The notes beneath the pieces were generated by a model that worked only from the letters and a program-made list of their open reading frames with translations, did not search any database and was not told the DNA's origin. The translations under genes were made by a program, and so were the position numbers. A stretch of DNA of 54,671 nt from NCBI GenBank assembly GCA_964353465.1, contig CAYGWQ010000004.1:1-54671 (forward strand), given 5' to 3'. Each line of letters begins with the position of its first letter. Within the stretch, counting starts at the first letter, position 1. Source of the DNA: an uncultured Acidobacteriota bacterium (GTDB taxonomy: Bacteria > Acidobacteriota > UBA6911). Positions 49,032 through 54,671 of this stretch are shown here, one piece after another.

Positions 49032-49319
49032 GAGACTGTCTCAAAACATGGCGTCCCGGAGGGACGCAGAGAAAATAGCTGGGGGTGAGCCGCGCAGCGG
49101 CGTCACCCCCCCGGTTACGACAAACACAGGCACCAGCCCTGAAGGGGCGACAGAAAACGATTGAAAAACAAAGGCTTCTGTCGCCCCTCCGGGGCTATAT
49201 CGGATATGTGTCCTATCCGGGGGCTTGCGCCCCCGGCTATTATCTGCCGCCGCGCTGCGGCTGATTCAGCAATTATCGACCGCGGTGGAGCTGCCGCGAG
49301 GGAGTTCTGAGACAGACTC
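49032..49319. mobile_element. MITE-like element (copy C) with 16-bp terminal IRs and an internal REP-like palindrome
   Basis: GAGACTGTCTCAAAAC (49032-49047) / GTTCTGAGACAGACTC (49304-49319), 14/16 match. Interior shares TCTGTCGCCCCTCC with copy A and CCTATCCGGGGGCTTGCGCCCCCGGCTATTATCT with copy D. Confidence 0.75.
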
Positions 49320-49455
49320 ACCGGACGGGGCTTGAGGTGCTACGGTGGTGAATTCAGAATGCCGCTTCATGAGAAAGTCTGACCGTCCTTGCGCGGCTGC
49401 TAATTGACAGCACCGGTGACGCGAAAGGTGGTCGGCCGTGCCGAAACACGAGACG

Positions 49456-49755
49456 ATGACCTCGCGCGAGCGCGTATTGAAGGCGCTCAACCACGAGATC
49501 CCTGACCGTGTGCCGCTGGACCTCGGCGGCAACCAGACCGGGAATCACAAGAACGCGTAATTGCAACTGCTGGCTCACCTCGACATCAAGTAAGATCCCA
49601 TCATCATGGACGCCGTGCAGCAGTTGGCTCGGCCGTGCGAGGCGGTGCTGCAACGGTTTCACGTGGACACGAGCTACATCGCCGCGGGCACGCGGGCGGA
49701 TTGGAAGGGCGGCATCGTCTCGAATGTGCGCCGCGGCAGGCACTGGTTCGATTAA
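49456..49755 (+). pseudogene. N-terminal fragment of a uroporphyrinogen decarboxylase / MtaA-CmuA family protein
   Basis: MTSRERVLKALNHEIPDRVPLDLGG...*...*...QQLA.PCE.VL.RFHVDT; in-frame TAA at 49558 and 49591. Confidence 0.8.
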
Positions 49756-49857
49756 AATATCCTCGTTCCATCAACCGCGTCCATGCGCGCCTGCTGCGGC
49801 ATGCGCAGCCATCCTGACTTTCGAGGGAGGGCGCCGCCAGGGTAGCGGGTGAGCCGG

Positions 49858-50121
49858 TCATTCGTAGTGGGTCCACATACGGATGACCTTCACCGTCCTG
49901 ACATCGTCCAAAACCTGATAAACCAGCCGATGCTGGATATTGATTCGCCGTGAGCAAGCGCCTGCCAGGTCACCCACCAATCTCTCGAATGGCGGCGGAA
50001 ACTGGTAGGGATCTTTTCTGAGAAGGTCGAGCAGGCGCTGGGCCTGGGGCTTGAGACCCGAGCGGGCGATCTTCTTGGCGTCGCGTTGCGCCTGTTTGGT
50101 GAATACCAGCCTCCAGGTCAC
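49858..50121 (-). CDS. yoeB: Txe/YoeB-family toxin
   Basis: W.LVFTKQA..D...P.FE.L.GDL.GA.SRRINIQHRLVY...RMWTHYE; GTGA overlap with the antitoxin. Confidence 0.93.
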   Translation of the reverse strand: MTWRLVFTKQAQRDAKKIARSGLKPQAQRLLDLLRKDPYQFPPPFERLVGDLAGACSRRINIQHRLVYQVLDDVRTVKVIRMWTHYE

Positions 50122-50360
50122 CACTTCAACTCCTCGACGCACTGATCCACCGGAGTCTTGAGTCCTTTACGAATCGATCCCCTCATGCCAGGGATATTGC
50201 TCAGGTAAATGCTCTCTTGAATGGCGCGCCAGTCTTCCTCCGATATGAGGACCGCGGAATTGCGCTTGCCGGCGATCTGGATCGGCTCGTGTGATTCCGC
50301 GACGTCGTCAACCAGACTGTAGAGTCGCTTCCGGGCTTCGGTGGCAGTGATGCTCGTCAT
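50118..50360 (-). CDS. yefM: Phd/YefM-family antitoxin
   Basis: ITATEAR..LY.LVD.VAESHEP..I.GKR.SAVL.SEEDW.AIQE..YL..IPGM. Confidence 0.93.
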   Translation of the reverse strand: MTSITATEARKRLYSLVDDVAESHEPIQIAGKRNSAVLISEEDWRAIQESIYLSNIPGMRGSIRKGLKTPVDQCVEELKW

Positions 50361-50374
50361 GATTATCTCTCCTT

Positions 50375-50415
50375 AGCGTACGCCATAGCGTACGCTGTCG
50401 GTTTCCGGATGTCAA
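50375..50415 (-). promoter_or_regulatory. yefM-yoeB promoter with a tandem palindromic operator
   Basis: TTGACA (minus strand, 50410-50415), 17 nt, TACGCT; two GCGTACGC palindromes 12 bp apart (50376-50383, 50388-50395). Confidence 0.8.
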
Positions 50416-50522
50416 TCTCCGAATTGGCGCCGCAGATGGGTGAGGGCTGTTTTGGACGCAGGCCAACGTGGAAACGCCCTGCTTTTCGCTGTCCTCATTG
50501 GCCGATCATCTGAGCTGCCTGC

Positions 50523-52580
50523 TCACGAGGAATGCGTCCTCAGGGAGCGGTTGTGTCGGACAAGGTAGGCCGCCAGTCCTTCCTTGTCCAGGATCTCCTG
50601 GACCTCCTCCCAATCCACGCTCACGCCTCGATCCATCGCCTCGACTATCCGGATGATGCTCAATGCCACTTCCGCAGTCTGACCCATCCCGCGGGATCTG
50701 ACAAAATCGATCGCATCCACGAGGACTGCATTTGCCTCCGCAAACGTGATCGGCGCAGCGGGACCATGCGTTGCGCTCCATTCCGGCCGGTCCAGGATGT
50801 CGTTCACATGCGAAAGGATCAGGTAGGTCGCCCTGCCGATGAGCTTGAGGTTGCTCGGACTCACGTTGGTCATGGTGTTACCGATAACCCGGCCCAGCGC
50901 GGCCATGACGGCGGTCGAATGAGTGTTGAGGAGCATCTTCAGCGCGATCTGGCGGCGCAAGGTGATCGGATCGCCGGGGAAATCCAAGGTCAGGGGCACC
51001 CAGACATCCCCCCGCATTGACAAAGGCAATATCGAGTGGCTGAGCTTTTCCAGGTCATCCTTGCCCGAAACGGTAAGGATCGCCAGCGCAGCGCCGCGAT
51101 TGTGAAAAAGTTCGATGAATCTTCGGGCGTCTGATCCGGGCTCGTCAAGTTCGCGTGTTTCCTCGTCCATCAGAACCAGAACCCCAAGGTCTCCGGTCGC
51201 GGGGCCCCGGCGCTCGATATTGGGTCCGGCAAAGGAGAAGTCGTAGGAGAATTCCTGATCATTCCCCGCGTTTTGGAGGCTGCGCAGCGCTGCCTCACGC
51301 AGGTAAGGGTCCTGCACCTCGGCTGCAAAGGCGGGTCCATACCGGGCCGGATTGAGCCCTCGGAACGGCCGGCCCAGGAAGCTGCGCCAGGCGGAATGGA
51401 GATCGTGAGCCTCCGTCCACACCTGCGCCCAGCAGCGGCGCTCCGGATCCTCGACTTTATCCAGGGGATACAGGCGGAAGGTGGGGCTGCGCTCCGTGCT
51501 GTCGATGAATACGGTGATCAGAGCGCGGTTGGCCAAATAGGTGGAAAAGTGATTCTGCCGGTAGGTGGATTTCTCAAGGTCCGTGAACCTTGCCAGCTCG
51601 TTCGCGGCGGTCTCAACCGCCTGCCGGGCCGCTTCGAAGTCCGCCAGCCCGCTGGAAATGCCGGAAATTGCGCCAAAGCCCAATTCACGTAATTCGTTCC
51701 GGTCGAGACAGGGCTCGAGGATGCGCTCGAGCGCCTCTTCCAGGATGACGCCGACCACGAAAGTTTCGATCGTGGTCGCCTGCATGCGAGTGGAGCCGGT
51801 GATGGCCTGCGGTCCTGTCGTCAGGTTGATGTTCGTAATGGCAGGATTGCGGAGCACGGCCGCGCTGCGCTCGAAGGGCAGCAGCACGGATACGGGATTG
51901 TTGCAGATAAAATAGAGATTGCTGCGCGCCTCTGCCCGTGTTGCTTCGTTGGTCGGCCCATACTGATCGAGCGCCGCCAGAATTGTGCCGATTACCGAGG
52001 ACGTTTCTCCTCCTTCGGTTACGCAAATGACAACGTCTCCGCGCCGGATGCCGTGGTCCTGCAACTGCAGCCTGCCGATCAACTGCAGATCTTCAAATCC
52101 TTCCAGGGAACTCACCAGAGCCCGGTCGGCTCCCGTCATCTCGCCCGTCAGCGCGTCTTCGATATCATTCCCTACCCGCGCGCGCAGCCTCGCCCAGCAG
52201 GGGTGCTGTTTTATCCTTTTCCAGAACGGCCGCCAGAAGGTGCTTTCCATCTGCTTGGCGAGGCGGCCGGTCGCACCGCAGCCGTACACATAGATCTTAC
52301 GGCCCGCCAGCACGGCTCTGACGATGGCCCCTGCGGCTTGTGCCAGGGGCGCGACGTCCTGTTGCAGCTGTTGTATCCTCTCGGAAATATCCCGGTCCAC
52401 CGACAACAGCATGCGCAAGCCGGCCTCGGTGTCCGATTGCAGGACAAAGCTCAGATTCCAGGTCTTCGGATGCCTTTGTTCGGTCTGGAGGCTGTAAAGG
52501 TGAAACTGCTGCTTGCCGGCAACGTAGTCGATCGACATCGGCGATGTTTCGAGCTTCAAAAGTTCCAGGAGTCGTGACAT
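50523..52580 (-). CDS. Long GCKR/MurQ-like double-SIS protein
   Basis: YVYGCGATGRL, TGPQAITGSTRMQATT, DSTERSPTF, KMLLN..ST..MA.LGRV.GN.M..V..SN.KL..RA; 685 aa. Confidence 0.78.
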   Translation of the reverse strand: MSRLLELLKLETSPMSIDYVAGKQQFHLYSLQTEQRHPKTWNLSFVLQSDTEAGLRMLLSVDRDISERIQQLQQDVAPLAQAAGAIVRAVLAGRKIYVYGCGATGRLAKQMESTFWRPFWKRIKQHPCWARLRARVGNDIEDALTGEMTGADRALVSSLEGFEDLQLIGRLQLQDHGIRRGDVVICVTEGGETSSVIGTILAALDQYGPTNEATRAEARSNLYFICNNPVSVLLPFERSAAVLRNPAITNINLTTGPQAITGSTRMQATTIETFVVGVILEEALERILEPCLDRNELRELGFGAISGISSGLADFEAARQAVETAANELARFTDLEKSTYRQNHFSTYLANRALITVFIDSTERSPTFRLYPLDKVEDPERRCWAQVWTEAHDLHSAWRSFLGRPFRGLNPARYGPAFAAEVQDPYLREAALRSLQNAGNDQEFSYDFSFAGPNIERRGPATGDLGVLVLMDEETRELDEPGSDARRFIELFHNRGAALAILTVSGKDDLEKLSHSILPLSMRGDVWVPLTLDFPGDPITLRRQIALKMLLNTHSTAVMAALGRVIGNTMTNVSPSNLKLIGRATYLILSHVNDILDRPEWSATHGPAAPITFAEANAVLVDAIDFVRSRGMGQTAEVALSIIRIVEAMDRGVSVDWEEVQEILDKEGLAAYLVRHNRSLRTHSS

Positions 52581-52602
52581 TCGATAGGCCTCCTTGTTTA
52601 TG

Positions 52603-54234
52603 CTATTCTGCCGACATCGCAAGCAATGTGGCGTCGTCCTGAAACTCACCGCCGCTGAACTCGGCGACCGTCCGCATCACCTTGATTTGCAGGTCGTAGG
52701 CGCCGAGGAGGCGGTGTCTCCTCATGACCTCGATCAGACGCGGCTCGCCGAACTCCTCTCCACCGGAATTCCTGACCTCCGTAACGCCATCTGTAAACAG
52801 CAGGAGCCGATCTCCGGGGCCGAATGCCACTTCATCTTGTTCATATTCCCAATCGGGAAATACTCCGAGGACCGCTCCCCCTTCCCGAAGACGGGCATGC
52901 GAACCGTCCTGCTTGATCAGGATCGGGGCGTCGTGGCCGGCTCGGGTGTACGTCAGGCGTCTCTTTCGGGTGTCGTACAGACAGTAGAAAAACGTGATGA
53001 ACCGGTTCGTGGCGATATTGCTGCAGATAACCTTGTTTACCCTCGAACATAGATCCCCGGGCTGCATTGCGTCCGATGCAAACGCTTTCACGGCCGCCTG
53101 AAGGTTGGACATCAGGAGTGCGGCGGGCATTCCCTTTCCCGAAACGTCGGCGATGCACAGCGCCACCTTGGCGTCCGAAAACTTCAAAACGTCGAAGTAG
53201 TCGCCACCGACGGCGCTGGCCGGCTGCCAACCTCCGAATATCTCATGGCCGGGAATCTGGGGGATCTGCTTGGGCAGCAGGCCACGCTGGATCTCGCGGG
53301 CCTCTTCCCATTCCCGCTCCTGACCCCGCATCCGGAGATTCTCGATGCCGAAGCCGATCCGGTCAATGACCAGGCTGAGGAACTTGAACTCCTCCTCATC
53401 GAAGGGGTCCCCCGACAGTTTACCGCCTACGCTCACAAATCCTGCGAGTTCACCCTTGAGCCTGAGCGGAACGAGCAGGCTGCAGTTCGCCTGGCGCAGT
53501 TTGGCTGTTTCCTCCTCGGGAAGGGGCGTGCTCCAGGGATCGAAGATCGTCTCCATGTGTTCGAGCACCCGGCTTTCGGGTGCGAACTTCACCCGGCCCA
53601 CAATCTCTTCCACGCCGCCCGCCTGTGCGGCTGCCCAGAACGCCAAGTCCAGGGGAGCCCTGGTGAAGATGGTTACCGAGGAAGTTCTCAACGCCTGCCG
53701 CAGGTGTTCCGCCGCCTGCCTTAGCATGATGTGGAGATCTGCAGCGTCGCAAATCTCACTGTTGATTACCTTGATCTGCGCGTCAAGCCGAAGGCCCTTG
53801 CGCACCACCCGTCCCCGGGCGATGTGTGTATGGAGGGTGTTCAGCAGGCGGCTGTTTTCCCAGGGCTTTTGCACGAAGTCCTGCACCCCGCGGCGCATCG
53901 CCTCCACAGCGAGGTCGACACTGCCCCAGCCCGTCATCACCACCACGGGAAGAGTACCGTCCAAGGCCTCGATCTGGGTCAGCAGGTCGAGACCCTCCTT
54001 CCCGGAAGTGGTATCCCGGGCGTAGTTGAGGTCCATGAGGACAATGTCGAAATGCTGTGATTTCAGCGCCTCAATGACGCCCGCAGGAGATGTCACTGAA
54101 AACGTCTGAATACCCTCGCTTTTCAGGAGCAGGCGCAGCGCCTCCAGCACCTCTGGTTGGTCGTCGGCAATCAGTGCCCGCGGAGCGATCTTCCCGGCGA
54201 GTTTTCGATCTACTTGCTGTTTGAGCCCTACCAT
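52603..54234 (-). CDS. Receiver-GAF-PP2C (SpoIIE/RsbU-like) phosphatase
   Basis: LIADD...VLMD...T...DFVQKPW (receiver); AREIQRGLLP, VGGDYFD, IADVSGKG, AGH, LFTDGVTE, QDDAT. Confidence 0.92.
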   Translation of the reverse strand: MVGLKQQVDRKLAGKIAPRALIADDQPEVLEALRLLLKSEGIQTFSVTSPAGVIEALKSQHFDIVLMDLNYARDTTSGKEGLDLLTQIEALDGTLPVVVMTGWGSVDLAVEAMRRGVQDFVQKPWENSRLLNTLHTHIARGRVVRKGLRLDAQIKVINSEICDAADLHIMLRQAAEHLRQALRTSSVTIFTRAPLDLAFWAAAQAGGVEEIVGRVKFAPESRVLEHMETIFDPWSTPLPEEETAKLRQANCSLLVPLRLKGELAGFVSVGGKLSGDPFDEEEFKFLSLVIDRIGFGIENLRMRGQEREWEEAREIQRGLLPKQIPQIPGHEIFGGWQPASAVGGDYFDVLKFSDAKVALCIADVSGKGMPAALLMSNLQAAVKAFASDAMQPGDLCSRVNKVICSNIATNRFITFFYCLYDTRKRRLTYTRAGHDAPILIKQDGSHARLREGGAVLGVFPDWEYEQDEVAFGPGDRLLLFTDGVTEVRNSGGEEFGEPRLIEVMRRHRLLGAYDLQIKVMRTVAEFSGGEFQDDATLLAMSAE

Positions 54235-54283
54235 CCAATACCCTCACCTGTCTCGAAAATGCCGCAATCAGCACCCGATAGAG

Positions 54284-54300
54284 AGCAACCGGAGTGCCAA
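54284..54300 (-). promoter_or_regulatory. Sigma54 (-24/-12) promoter
   Basis: Minus strand TTGGCACTCCGGTTGCT (GG-N10-GC), 50 nt upstream of the PP2C gene, with an AT-rich IHF-like tract upstream. Confidence 0.75.
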
Positions 54301-54430
54301 TCGGCAGCGGCAGCTAGAAATTCAATAATACCAGCACTTACATCGATGTAGGGGCTGCCTGCTTAAACGTTTCGTGACCGCTTCTGGGATTGTTGCGTCC
54401 CAAACTCGCACGCCGCGGATCCGGGGATAA

Positions 54431-54671
54431 GTTGGTTTTTGTCGCGAAATTGGTTCGACCGGTAGGCAAGCCTTGGAGGGGCGGAAAGTTAATAGCCCCG
54501 GGCGAGAGCCCGGGGTCAGGCGAGAAATCGGCGCGCAGCCCCGGAGGGGCGGCAGAAAATGGTTGAGGACAAAGATCTTTCGCCCCTACCAGGGCTCGTT
54601 AAATGCAACATCCTATCCGGGGGCTTGCGCCCCCGGCTATTATCTCTCGGCCCCTCCGGGGCTGTGCCGCA
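54431..54671. repeat. Palindromic MITE/REP-like element, copy D (inverted copy of A, cut by the window edge)
   Basis: Reverse complement aligns with 21224-21463, including the non-palindromic spacers AAATGCAACATCCTATCC and CAGAAAATGGTTG..GACAAAGATCTTTCG. Confidence 0.88.

Noticed and set aside
49558-49593. Two in-frame TAA codons as a sign of an alternative genetic code
   Set aside because: TAA terminates intact genes elsewhere in the window (for example 6747-6749), and the gene is also truncated.
3861-54671. attR duplicate of the tRNA 3' end marking the far island boundary
   Set aside because: None found by eye in this window; it may lie outside the window or be eroded.

Overview
GC-rich bacterial window. 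The gene content (kinase-TolB-TPR protein, Oar-type TonB receptor remnant, DUF5107-TPR protein, paralogous STAS proteins) suggests Acidobacteriota; this is inference. It opens with glcE/glcD, a GNAT gene and an initiator tRNA-Met. It then becomes a mosaic accessory region in which intact 1-5 gene modules are separated by about ten gene fragments, an integrase remnant cut by an IS3 left end, and several families of palindromic repeats or MITEs. Intact modules cover signalling (STAS x2, HDOD-GAF, PilZ, ECF sigma/anti-sigma, sigma54-driven REC-GAF-PP2C), glycoside hydrolases (GH113-like, GH51, GH127), two ABC exporters, a YtrA-type operon, a BlaI regulon with four visible operators, and a YefM-YoeB toxin-antitoxin pair. 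The best candidates for undescribed biology are: (i) a probably leaderless two-gene cassette encoding a Tat-signal protein built from ~31-aa Lys-His repeats plus a YkgJ/FliB-like Fe-S protein; (ii) a PflX-type radical SAM enzyme with a twin-arginine signal; (iii) a BlaI/M56 system whose sensor domain is DUF4412-like, with a duplicated operator-promoter module; (iv) composite MITEs with IS-like ends around REP-type nested hairpins; (v) a GCKR-like protein co-oriented with a sigma54-dependent phosphatase. All family calls come from motif reading by eye; no database searches were run.
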